A stretch of 64,000 nucleotides of DNA. Source: an uncultured Gemmatimonadaceae bacterium (GTDB lineage Bacteria; Gemmatimonadota; Gemmatimonadetes; Gemmatimonadales; Gemmatimonadaceae). The stretch lies in NCBI GenBank assembly GCA_963817955.1, contig CAWFQK010000008.1:1-64000 (forward strand), given 5' to 3'. Below the pieces are notes generated by a model. That model worked only from the letters and a program-made list of their open reading frames with translations. It ran no database searches and was not told where the DNA came from. Of this stretch, positions 46,712 through 56,150 are shown one piece after another (within the stretch, counting starts at the first letter, position 1; the number at the start of each line of letters is the position of its first letter). The position numbers and the translations under genes are program-made.

Positions 46712-47097
46712 TTGACCGAGCTGATATGGCCGTGTCGCGGCCTGACATATCCTCTCACGCCCAACCCCGGGTTTCCGTCGTCATTACCTGGCCGCACACC
46801 ACCGATCGCCTGAGCGAGATGCTGACACAACGCGTGTCGCGACTCGGTCGGATGACAGTCGACACCATCGTCGTCACCGCCACCCACGTCGACGACAGCA
46901 TTGCTGCCGCGCATCCCGAGATCCGCTTCATCACGGCGACCGACGATTGCTCGGTCAGCCGAATGCGCAGCGTCGGCATGCAGTACGCCTTCGGTGACAT
47001 CGTGTTACTGATCGACAATCTCTATGACGAAGAAATGGTGGAGGCGGTGTTTGCGGGTCGGACCGCAGACGGCATCCGGCTCGTGGCGGCGCTATGA
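46708..47097 (+). CDS. Short GT2-like N-terminal-domain protein
   Basis: PRVSVVI..., RSVGMQYAFGDIVLLID; coupled by overlapping stop/start codons. Confidence 0.5.
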   Translation: MIDRADMAVSRPDISSHAQPRVSVVITWPHTTDRLSEMLTQRVSRLGRMTVDTIVVTATHVDDSIAAAHPEIRFITATDDCSVSRMRSVGMQYAFGDIVLLIDNLYDEEMVEAVFAGRTADGIRLVAAL

Positions 47098-48241
47098 TGG
47101 CCTCTCGGGCGGACCTCTCGGTCATCGTGCCACTCGCCGACGATCCGCAACACGCCGCCGAAATCTTCGATGCGCTCTCGGCGAGTGATCTGCCGCGTCG
47201 CTCGTGGGAACTCATCGTGGTGGCGGCGGGGCAGCCGAAGGCTGCCATCGAGGTCGCGGCGCAGCGCGCCGACGTGATCGTCAGACTTGATGGCTTGTGG
47301 ACTCGTGACACCGCTTACCGCTTCAACCGTGGTGCCGAGGTTGCGCGCGCCCCTGTCCTCGTCTTTCTCGAGTGCGATGTGATCGTGCGTCCAGACACGC
47401 TGCGTCGGATCCGCTGTGCCTTCGCCGATGATCAGGTCGATGCGCTCGTGGCCGGCGTCGACCCGGCTCCGCGGTCGGCGAGCCTTTCCACGCGCTACGT
47501 CACGCTCCTGCAGGACTGGGCGCATCGCCGCTGCGCGGGTGAATCGGAACACTTTACGATTCGGGCCAGCGCGATTCGTGCACGGGCGTTCCTCAGCGCA
47601 GGGTACCTCGACGAGTGGCAACGGCCGCCTCTCGAAGGCGCTGCCACTGAGCTTGGCTTGCGACTGCGTGCCCTGGGGTATCGTGTCGAGTTGCGCAACG
47701 AGGTACGTGTCGCGAATCGCGGATACACGCCCTGGGCCCGCGCCGCGCAGCCATCGGCCATCCAGCAATCGCCGCCGCGCTGGCTGCCCACGGAGGGTGC
47801 GCGGCAGGAGCGCACCGCCACGTATCAATTTCGGATGCGCGAGCGCCGGTTATCGATCGCAGCGTGGGCCGCGGCGGCGCTGTTTGTTGCCGCCGCTGGT
47901 TTGCGGTCCGCGAATGTGGCAACGGGTGGGATGCTGTGCGCCACGCTGGTCCTTGCCGCGGATGCCCCGCTCGCGGCGCATCTGGCCCGCGGGGGGGAAT
48001 AGGTGTCGCCTTGATCGCGATTCCGTTGCGCCTCGTGGCGCTTCTGGTGCAAGGCGCGCGAACAGTTGCGTACCATGTGCGCGTCCTATTGGTGGGCGAG
48101 CCACGGCCGGCAGCGGGTGTCGAGGCGTTGACGGAGGTTGGCGTCCAACACTGGCCGCCGACACCGGCGCGTCCACACGCTATCTCGGTTGACGGAGCCG
48201 GCACCGATTCGCGAGAGGACGGGAATGCAAGCCGCTCATGA
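47094..48241 (+). pseudogene. GT2-like protein with a frameshift in a G7 run (47991-47997)
   Basis: LSVIVP, WELIVV and NRGAEVARAPVLVFLECD motifs. The frame stops at 48002, but a TM segment and GEPRP..EVGVQHWPP continue in the other frame to 48241. Confidence 0.65.
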
Positions 48242-49430
48242 TTCGGCGCGGCCGCGAGTAGACGCTCAGGTGCTGGCCTTTGACCCGATGCGCGGTCGCC
48301 CCTGTTCAATTGTCCATGTCGTCAGCCCTGGAGCGATCGGCGGTCTCGAGACGGTCGTCTACGCGCTTGCGCGCGGCCATGCTGAGGTGGGACATCATGT
48401 CACCGTCGTTTCCGTGGCCGATGATGAGGCATCCTGCCGCTTCCTCGACCGGTTCGCCGGCAGCGACGTGCAAACGATGTCCCTCGGTGCGGGCGGGCGG
48501 GTATACCTCGGTGAGCGTATCGCAGCATGTTCGGCATTCGCGCGCATTCGGCCTGATGTCGTGCATACCCACGGCCTTCGTCCCGACGTCATCGATGCGG
48601 GTGCGGCCCGGTCGATCGGCATTGCGACTGCGACGACGGTGCACGGCTACACCGATTCAACGCTCCGGAATCAGGTGTACGGCTTCGTGCAGCGCATGTG
48701 CCTGCGATCGTTCGACGCCGTGGTGGCGGTGTCGACCCCACTCGCGCGCGTGTTGGCATCGTATGTCGAGCCGTCGCGGCTCCATGTCATCCCGAACGGC
48801 TTCATGCCGAGCGCCAGCCCGGCCGATCGATTGATTGCGCGCAGCCGGCTCGGCGTTCACGATGGGCGATTGCTCATTGGCTGGGTGGGCCGTTTGAGTC
48901 CGGAGAAAGGTCCAGACGTCGCGTTGCGCGCGCTTGCTCGTCTGGTGCAAGGGACCCATCCTGGACCGCTCGAGCTCGCGGTGCTGGGTAACGGTCCGGA
49001 GCGGCCGAATCTGGAGCGACTCGCCCGCCAGTATGGCGTCGAGTCGCTCGTACATTGGCACGGCACGCGGTCCGACGCCCCGCTCCTGATGGCGGCCTTC
49101 GACGTATTCGTGCTGAGCTCGCGCACGGAGGGCACACCGATGGTGCTCCTCGAAGCGATGTTCGCGAAGACGCCGATCATTGCAACGCGAGTTGGCGGCG
49201 TGCCGGACATGCTCACGGCAGAGGAAGCATTGCTGGTGCCGAGCAACGACCCCGACGCCCTCGCGTCGGCCATTCGCAGCGTGCTGACGAACCACGACGC
49301 AGCCAGCGTGCGCGCCCTCAAGGCGGCTGATGTGCTGGCGACCCGCTATGATGGCCGCGCATGGCTCGATCAGTATGCGGCGCTCTACGGGCAGTTGCGC
49401 GTGCTCACCCTTCGGAGACAACAATGCTGA
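48225..49430 (+). CDS. Glycosyltransferase family 4
   Basis: GGLET, VHTHG, IPNG, VGRLSPEKG and SSRTEGTPMVLLEAM motifs. Confidence 0.9.
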   Translation: MQAAHDSARPRVDAQVLAFDPMRGRPCSIVHVVSPGAIGGLETVVYALARGHAEVGHHVTVVSVADDEASCRFLDRFAGSDVQTMSLGAGGRVYLGERIAACSAFARIRPDVVHTHGLRPDVIDAGAARSIGIATATTVHGYTDSTLRNQVYGFVQRMCLRSFDAVVAVSTPLARVLASYVEPSRLHVIPNGFMPSASPADRLIARSRLGVHDGRLLIGWVGRLSPEKGPDVALRALARLVQGTHPGPLELAVLGNGPERPNLERLARQYGVESLVHWHGTRSDAPLLMAAFDVFVLSSRTEGTPMVLLEAMFAKTPIIATRVGGVPDMLTAEEALLVPSNDPDALASAIRSVLTNHDAASVRALKAADVLATRYDGRAWLDQYAALYGQLRVLTLRRQQC

Positions 49431-50632
49431 AAGAAATCGCCGTCGGCTGCGCGGTGGCGCCGGCGCTGTTCGGCTCGTACGCGTACGTCGGATATCCTGG
49501 CGTGCTCGCGCTCCTGGCACGACGCAGCGGCCGGCGCAATCCGCCATTGCTTGCGGACTGGCCAACCGTGAGCGTCGTGATTCCCGTGTACAACGAGGAA
49601 CGCGTCATTGCCGACACGCTGGAACACGTTCTCGCGCTGGACTATCCCAAGGATCGGTTGCAGGTCCTCGTGGTGTCGGACGCCTCGAGCGATCGCACGG
49701 ATGAGATCGTGCGTGCGTTTGCGGGTCGAGGGGTTGAGCTGCTTCGCATGCAGGAGCGGCGCGGAAAGACCGCCGGGGAGAATGCCGCCGGAGCCGTCGT
49801 GCGCGGCGACATCGTGGTGAACATCGACGCGACCGTGCACGTTCCCCGCCACGCGCTTCGGGCGCTCGTGCGGGCATTCGCCGATCCCTCCGTCGGTGTC
49901 GCCTCGGGCCGCGACGTCACCACCGGGAGCGCTGTCACCGAGGGCGCTCGCGGCGAAGAGCAGTACACCAATTACGAGATGCGAGTCCGCACGCTCGAGA
50001 CGCGCGTGTACTCGATCGTCGGCGCCAGCGGATGCTTCTTCGCCAGCCGGCGCGAGCTGTATCGTCTACCATTCCCGGAGCAGTTGAGCCGTGATTTTGG
50101 CAGCGCCCTCGTCGCGCGTGACCACGGATATCGTGCGGTGTCCGTGGACGACGCCGTGTGCGTCGTGCCGTGTACGCCATCGCTTCGTGTGGAGCGCCGG
50201 CGCAAGATGCGCACGATGACACGCGGTTTGGGCACGCTCTGGTACATGCGGCGACTCCTCAACCCTATGCGGTTCGGCGTATTCTCGTGGATGCTGTTCA
50301 GCCACAAGCTTGCGCGTTGGTCCGTCACGCTCAGTGCTCCTGTTGCGATTGGTGGTCTGGCGACCCTGGCCGTGCTGCCGAATGGGGGAGGCGTGGGCCT
50401 CGTCGCGCGGGCCATGCTCATCGCCACGGGTGTCGTCGGTGCCATTGGCTGGTCGGGTTTGGCGCTATCGGAACGCCGGACGTTGCCCCGCATCCTGGCG
50501 ATACCCGCCTTCATCGTGGCCGCGATCAGCGCCGGAACACAGGCCTGGACGCAGTGGCTGCTCGGACGACAGAAACCATTGTGGGAACCGACGCGCCGCC
50601 CACCGACCGACGTGTTACAGGCCGGCGCCTGA
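49424..50632 (+). CDS. Glycosyltransferase family 2 (PgaC/IcaA-like)
   Basis: YVGYP, PTVSVVIPVYNEE, SDASSDRT, GKTAGEN and SHKLARW motifs. Confidence 0.88.
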   Translation: MLKEIAVGCAVAPALFGSYAYVGYPGVLALLARRSGRRNPPLLADWPTVSVVIPVYNEERVIADTLEHVLALDYPKDRLQVLVVSDASSDRTDEIVRAFAGRGVELLRMQERRGKTAGENAAGAVVRGDIVVNIDATVHVPRHALRALVRAFADPSVGVASGRDVTTGSAVTEGARGEEQYTNYEMRVRTLETRVYSIVGASGCFFASRRELYRLPFPEQLSRDFGSALVARDHGYRAVSVDDAVCVVPCTPSLRVERRRKMRTMTRGLGTLWYMRRLLNPMRFGVFSWMLFSHKLARWSVTLSAPVAIGGLATLAVLPNGGGVGLVARAMLIATGVVGAIGWSGLALSERRTLPRILAIPAFIVAAISAGTQAWTQWLLGRQKPLWEPTRRPPTDVLQAGA

Positions 50633-50641
50633 GGCCACGGC

Positions 50642-51418
50642 TCAGAGACTGCCGCGCGCGAAGAGCATTACCGGAATTGTCTTGAGCATGATGCGAAGAT
50701 CTTCGAGCACACCCTGACGGCCCAGGTACTCGAGGTCATAGCGCACCTTCACCCGGACGTCGTCGATCGACATGTCGTACCGGTGATTGATCTGCGCCCA
50801 GCCGGTGATACCAGGGCGTCCCAGTTGACGATGCGGGTAGTCGTCAATCGATTCGCGAAGCCGGGCGAAGATGCTCGGACGCTCCGGTCGTGGTCCGACG
50901 ATGTTCATGTCGCCGCAGAGGACGTTGACCAACTGCGGCAGCTCGTCCAGGCGGGAGGCGCGGAGAATGCGGCCCAGCCGGGTCACCCGGGCGTCGGCCT
51001 TCCGGGCCCACACGGCACCGGTGCGCTCGGCATTGACGACCATGGAACGGAATTTATAAATATGGAATGCGGCTCCGCCAATGTTGCGCAGGCGACGGTC
51101 CTGCCCGAGGTCCACCGGCTGGCGCCGCCGCCGACGATCCACGCCGACGCGCGCCTGCACATAGATGATTGGACCGGGCGAGGTGAGCGCAACGAGCAGG
51201 CCGGTCAAAACGAGCACGGGAGCGAGAAGGGCGAGCGCGACGGACGCAACCAGAATGTTGACTAGCCGGTTGGCGATTTCGGACCGACGGCGTGGCGTGA
51301 AGCGCACCCGCCTGGGCGAAGGAGTCGTCTCGAGCTCTTGCCTGGTTTCGGTCTCGTTCTGATCGGCCTGCACCGTTGCGAGCGAGAGCGCTGGCGCGGC
51401 ATTGGATGGTGGGCACAT
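50642..51418 (-). CDS. Priming sugar transferase (polyprenyl-phosphate glycosylphosphotransferase)
   Basis: FHIYKFRSM, DARVT.LG..LR..RLDELPQL.NVL.GDM.IVGPRPERP and RPGITGWAQ motifs. Confidence 0.92.
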   Translation of the reverse strand: MCPPSNAAPALSLATVQADQNETETRQELETTPSPRRVRFTPRRRSEIANRLVNILVASVALALLAPVLVLTGLLVALTSPGPIIYVQARVGVDRRRRRQPVDLGQDRRLRNIGGAAFHIYKFRSMVVNAERTGAVWARKADARVTRLGRILRASRLDELPQLVNVLCGDMNIVGPRPERPSIFARLRESIDDYPHRQLGRPGITGWAQINHRYDMSIDDVRVKVRYDLEYLGRQGVLEDLRIMLKTIPVMLFARGSL

Positions 51419-51451
51419 AGGCGACGTAGGTCCTTCGTTGAGGACGACGTG

Positions 51452-52270
51452 CTAACGACGTACGATGTAGAGAATCGACACCACCAGACCGGAGACGGCC
51501 GCGCTCACCTGCGCGAGGGTCGACCAGTCGCGCTTCCCGCGTTCCTGCACCAGAATGTCGTCGCCGGAGTGAATGCCGAGCTGCGCGAGGGTTGCACCTG
51601 CCGCGAGCATTTCACGCAGTTGATCCTCATTCCATAAGGTCAGCCCGCCGTGCCGCACCACGGCGCGGTCAGGCGCCGCCATGGCGGTTGGCCCGCCAGC
51701 TGCCATCAGTGCGTCACTCACTGGGGAGTCGATGGCGAGTTGGTAGTACCCCGGGCGTGTCACCAGCCCGAGGACCCCGATGCGAACGAGCGTCGTCACC
51801 CGCACCTCACGATCGCGATAGTACTCACTGACGCGTTGCGCCACGCGTTCTTGAACCTCGGAGCGAAGCACACCCTTGAGTGAGACGTCTGGGACGGTGG
51901 GAAGCTTCAAGACGAGGCCGTCGCGCACCGTGAACGTGTCGGTCAGGGCGGCTTCACCGCGCACCGACAGTACCAGACGGTCACCAACCCGGAAGTCGCC
52001 ATCCTGCAGGCGGCTCCGGATGGAACTCGCTGCGCTCGCACTGCGCGCACGGTCTGCCGCCGGCCGTGACGCATCCGTCGCTTCCTGCTCGGCGGCCGTC
52101 GCGAGCGAGTCCAGGTCATGCCGGCCGGCCAGCCAGGGACGCGTGGTCCCGTCACGTTGCGTTTGACCTACAACAGTGTTGGGATGGACGAACAATTGGA
52201 TCAACCAGAGAAAGCTGGTACAGAGGATGATCACGCGGGGCCGCGATCGGCGAGAGCAGAGTGTTGTCAT
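51452..52270 (-). CDS. Polysaccharide export protein (Wza-like, SLBB domain)
   Basis: GDFRVGDRLVLSV, VLGLVTRPGYY, DALMAAGG and GDDILV motifs. Confidence 0.8.
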   Translation of the reverse strand: MTTLCSRRSRPRVIILCTSFLWLIQLFVHPNTVVGQTQRDGTTRPWLAGRHDLDSLATAAEQEATDASRPAADRARSASAASSIRSRLQDGDFRVGDRLVLSVRGEAALTDTFTVRDGLVLKLPTVPDVSLKGVLRSEVQERVAQRVSEYYRDREVRVTTLVRIGVLGLVTRPGYYQLAIDSPVSDALMAAGGPTAMAAPDRAVVRHGGLTLWNEDQLREMLAAGATLAQLGIHSGDDILVQERGKRDWSTLAQVSAAVSGLVVSILYIVRR

Positions 52271-52576
52271 GCTCGTGCCAAATGCAGTGTGCGTGCTACG
52301 CGTACGCCGACATGCCGGTGTGCGATAAGTGCATCAACCACATGCAAATGCACGCGCTGTCGTCCAGCGCAGGCCACGTGCAATGATGTGCCGCCGTGGC
52401 ACGCCCGCGACACTTCCGCCGCCGTTGTGCCACAAATCGTGGTTGATAATGCCTGGGCCACCGTTGGTCCGGTACCTGGGGAACAGCCGACTAGCCGCGG
52501 CGCATGAGTTGCGAGTGTAGGCCGTGCTCCCTCGGACCTGCCCCTTACTCGCCGCCCCTTGGGTGGACGAACACTC

Positions 52577-53539
52577 ATGATTGATCATGCTCCCGGCGCC
52601 ATCACGGCGCCGCCGGCGCTGGCGCTCGTCGTGAGCGCGAACGATTGGAACGCCCGGGCGGTCGAGAGCATTCTCGACCCGTCCGCTTATGTCACGCTGC
52701 GGGCGACAACGCGCAGTCAGGCGGTGCAGTTCGCCCGCAATGCCTCGCCGGACATTGTGATTGTCCATGGTGATGTCGCCGACCAGACGCTCGACGATAC
52801 CGTCCGCGCACTCGTCAACGACAATCCGCTTGGCCCTACCTGTCCGTTAATCGTCATTGCGACGAACGGTGGCCACCGGGAACGCCGTCTCGACCTCCAA
52901 CGCGTTGGTGCATGGTACGTCGTGGGTGATCCAATCGATTCCGAAGCGCTCGCGTTGCTGTTCGTCCGATTGCTCGGCGCTCGGCGCGAAGTGCGTCGCA
53001 TAGCCGACCGTGTCCACGTCGACGCCGAGACTGGCGTATACAATGAACGCGGACTCCTGCGCCGCGCCGCAGAGCTCGGGGCACACGCGACGCGGTTTCA
53101 CGAGTCGCTCGCGTGCATCGCGCTCCGTCCGCTCGCCGAAGGCGAGGAGCCGGGCCTTGCGGCACAGGCGGTATCCGTGGGGCCGATCGCCGTGCATCTC
53201 GCGCGTGTCATCGCGCCCCTCGTGCGCATGTCGGACACCCTCGGCCACCTGCGGCCGCGTGAGTTTGGCGTGGTCGCCAGCGGCGGCGGCGACCAGAGCG
53301 CGCTTCGTCTTGTCGAGCGGATGCGGTTGGCCGTCGAGAATTCTCCGCTCGTCATGGGCGGCCTCATTCGGCGCCTGTCTCTCGCTGCCGCGATCTGCAT
53401 GGTACCCGATTTTGCGGATTCAGCCGTGGCGGCGCCCGCCTTGTTGTCGCGGGTGGCGGACCTGATGCGCGACGGCGCGTCGCAGATGGAGCGGAACCCG
53501 ATTCGCGTCGTTGAGCCGGTGCCGCTGCGGCGCGATTGA
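52577..53539 (+). CDS. REC + degenerate GGDEF domain protein
   Basis: Receiver-like N-terminus lacking the phospho-Asp (DIVIVHG). DAETGVYNERG present; the signature reads HLRPREF. Confidence 0.7.
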   Translation: MIDHAPGAITAPPALALVVSANDWNARAVESILDPSAYVTLRATTRSQAVQFARNASPDIVIVHGDVADQTLDDTVRALVNDNPLGPTCPLIVIATNGGHRERRLDLQRVGAWYVVGDPIDSEALALLFVRLLGARREVRRIADRVHVDAETGVYNERGLLRRAAELGAHATRFHESLACIALRPLAEGEEPGLAAQAVSVGPIAVHLARVIAPLVRMSDTLGHLRPREFGVVASGGGDQSALRLVERMRLAVENSPLVMGGLIRRLSLAAAICMVPDFADSAVAAPALLSRVADLMRDGASQMERNPIRVVEPVPLRRD

Positions 53540-53563
53540 CCGTCGCGCCGCAGCGATCACCCG

Positions 53564-55981
53564 CTACTCTCCGGCGTTGAGCAGTCCGACGCGTGACGCG
53601 CGCTGTGGAATTGCCGTATCGAGATCTACGGTATCGTGCGTCAGGTAGTGCGAATACTCGTCTTCAGCGTGAGTCGGGCAGTCGTTCAACACCGCTCCAA
53701 CGACTTGCACTGGTAGCCGGTCCACCACCTCGAGCTTGGCCTTGGCCATGCGAACATCGCTGGCATCCATGCGAAGCACGATGGCCGCTGCGCCGGTGGC
53801 GACACTCTCCCAGAGCGCGTCCGACCCCACGCTGAGCGGTGGACTGTCTACGATGATGACGTCGTAGCTGCCGCGCGCTTCATTCAAGAGGGCCGAAAGC
53901 CTCGGGCCCGCGAGCATCTCCGGTCCCTGCCGGTACCTCGTGCCGCACGGCAGGATCGACAGCTGCGCGACCTCTGTCGCGACAACCGCCTCGTCCAATG
54001 TCAAGCCGGTTGACAGGCAGTCGAGCAACCCCGGTCGGCGCGACACGCCGAACATGCTGTGCAGATCGCCACGACGAATATCGCCGTCGACAAGCAGCGT
54101 GCGATACCCAGCTTCGGCGAACGAAATTGCGAGATTCGCCGAGACGAGTGATTTCCCGTCACCGACATTGGGACTCGTGATCGTGAGCTGGATGGGCATG
54201 TCGCCGCCGAGCGCGTATGCGATGCCAACGCGGATGGCCCGCATCGCTTCGACGAGCTGTGCGCTTTCTATAGAATGCACGTGTCCCTTGCGATGGCGGC
54301 GGAGACGCGGCACGGAGCCGAGCACCCAGAGATCGAGGTCGTCGCGCACCTGTTCTGGGCGACGCAGTCGTTTGTCGACGCCGTCCAGCAGCAGGGCAAA
54401 GAACAGTCCGCCGAAACCACCAGCGGTCGTGAATAGCGCCGCGAGTTGGAACGCGCGGCCGCCCGGGGCGTGCGCCGGCGCAACTGCTGGATCGAGCACG
54501 CTGACATCGGCCACTGTGCCCGCCTCGGCCAATTGTGCCGACTCGTATTCGTTCTGTATCTTGGCGAACATGTTCTCGGCGAGCGCCACGTTCCGGCGGA
54601 GCCGAAGCTCTTCGAGGGTGCGCGGTGGTATCCCCTCCAGCACGTGGGTGGACGCAGCAAGATTACCCTGCAGCTCGTGTTCGCGGCGGGTGATCTGATC
54701 GACGCGGGCTGCGACGAGACGGGGAATCGTCTCCAACCGCAGCTCGTTCGTCGCCTGGCGAAGATCTCGTACGATCTTGTTCTCGTCAGTGTAATCCCGA
54801 CGCGCCGCTCGCAGCGCGGTGTCTTTCGCGCCGAGTGTGACGACGGCGGCACGAACCTCCGGTGCATGCGTGGCGAGCATCGGAAGGGTCAGCACGTAAT
54901 CGACTGCTGCCGGATCCGCGCGGAGTCGGAGTTCGGCATCGTTCAACGTTGCGCGGTCAGACTGCAGTTGGTCCAGCTCCGTCTTGGCGTCGAGGTACCG
55001 GCTCAACAGCGGGTCCAGGCCGTTTGCGCGGGCGCCGGTTGCCGACGCGTCTGATGGGAGCGTGACGGAGGCGACACGAAACCGCTCGAGCGCCGTCTCT
55101 GCGGCGCGCAGCGAATTCTCGGCCGATTGCGCTTGATCGCGAAGTCGCGCCGATTGCTCCACGATGCTGCGCCTCTCGAGCTCTGCGCTCACCGAGATGA
55201 ACTCGTCGGTGATCATGTTGAGCATCGCGGTCGTTGCCTTGGGATCGCCGCCCGTCAAGGTGAGACGAATGAAGCTGGTCCCCTCGGGCTGCACGGTGGT
55301 GAGGCGCGAAGAAATGTCGTTTGCCGCATCGCGCGCTGACTGGACGGTGAACGCGTGCTCGGATCCGCCCGGCAGCAACGCCCGCGGCGGCTGCCACTGG
55401 AAGCCAATCGAACGGCCGATGGAATCACCCACTGCGCCGGTTTCGAGCACCGTGTTCGCCGCATCGACCAGTGTGTACCGGGATGCGGCGCTGTCCACTC
55501 GGATGGCCATGCGGCCGGCGCGCATCGTGTCGCGAACGATGAGGCCAGCGAAGAGAACGCGATCTTGCGGCGAGATGGGCAACGCGTGGAGTCCGGCGCG
55601 CCGGGCGACGCGCTCGAGGATCGCGTAGCTGCGCAGCAGGTCCACCCACGACGTCCCGCTGACGAGCTCGACGGTCCGGGCAACGTCGGTCGAGTGTTCA
55701 CGGCGATCGGTCGAGACCAATAAGGTCGCCTGAACGCTATAGGTTGGACGGATGCGGCGACCAGCAGCCACGCCAGCGGCCGCGCCGATGAGCGTCGCCA
55801 GAACAACGAGCCACTTGTACCGCCATATCGCGGACAGGTACCGAGCCCAGGGTACGCCGGGTTCGCCTGCTGCGCCGAGCGGTGTCGCTGAGGGCGCAGA
55901 GGACGCAGAAGTGACAACCGGCGCGACTGCGCTCGGTGCATTGGTTAGCGCGAGAGCATTCGGTTCATGAAACGTGGGCAC
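53564..55981 (-). CDS. wzc: Polysaccharide co-polymerase / BY-kinase
   Basis: Wzz-like N-terminus, coiled coil, Walker A SPNVGDGKS, LLVDGDIRRG, IIVDSPP and a C-terminal EYSHY. Start is approximate. Confidence 0.9.
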   Translation of the reverse strand: MPTFHEPNALALTNAPSAVAPVVTSASSAPSATPLGAAGEPGVPWARYLSAIWRYKWLVVLATLIGAAAGVAAGRRIRPTYSVQATLLVSTDRREHSTDVARTVELVSGTSWVDLLRSYAILERVARRAGLHALPISPQDRVLFAGLIVRDTMRAGRMAIRVDSAASRYTLVDAANTVLETGAVGDSIGRSIGFQWQPPRALLPGGSEHAFTVQSARDAANDISSRLTTVQPEGTSFIRLTLTGGDPKATTAMLNMITDEFISVSAELERRSIVEQSARLRDQAQSAENSLRAAETALERFRVASVTLPSDASATGARANGLDPLLSRYLDAKTELDQLQSDRATLNDAELRLRADPAAVDYVLTLPMLATHAPEVRAAVVTLGAKDTALRAARRDYTDENKIVRDLRQATNELRLETIPRLVAARVDQITRREHELQGNLAASTHVLEGIPPRTLEELRLRRNVALAENMFAKIQNEYESAQLAEAGTVADVSVLDPAVAPAHAPGGRAFQLAALFTTAGGFGGLFFALLLDGVDKRLRRPEQVRDDLDLWVLGSVPRLRRHRKGHVHSIESAQLVEAMRAIRVGIAYALGGDMPIQLTITSPNVGDGKSLVSANLAISFAEAGYRTLLVDGDIRRGDLHSMFGVSRRPGLLDCLSTGLTLDEAVVATEVAQLSILPCGTRYRQGPEMLAGPRLSALLNEARGSYDVIIVDSPPLSVGSDALWESVATGAAAIVLRMDASDVRMAKAKLEVVDRLPVQVVGAVLNDCPTHAEDEYSHYLTHDTVDLDTAIPQRASRVGLLNAGE

Positions 55982-56150
55982 GATCGCTTCCGTTGGTGTC
56001 GCATGCCGCAAATGCAAATTGCTGCCCGCAGCGCACCCCGCGTTTTCGCTCGCTAATGGCTGATTCGGCGTCGAGGCTGTCGCTCACATGCAACGAGGCC
56101 GTGGCATGTTCGCCACGGCCCACGTCGACAGAACCCGTCGTTCACACCCG

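Noticed and set aside
30489..56017. PEP-CTERM/exosortase system suggested by the AMP ligase and sigma-54 regulator
   Set aside because: No exosortase gene or PEP-CTERM tail is seen in this window.
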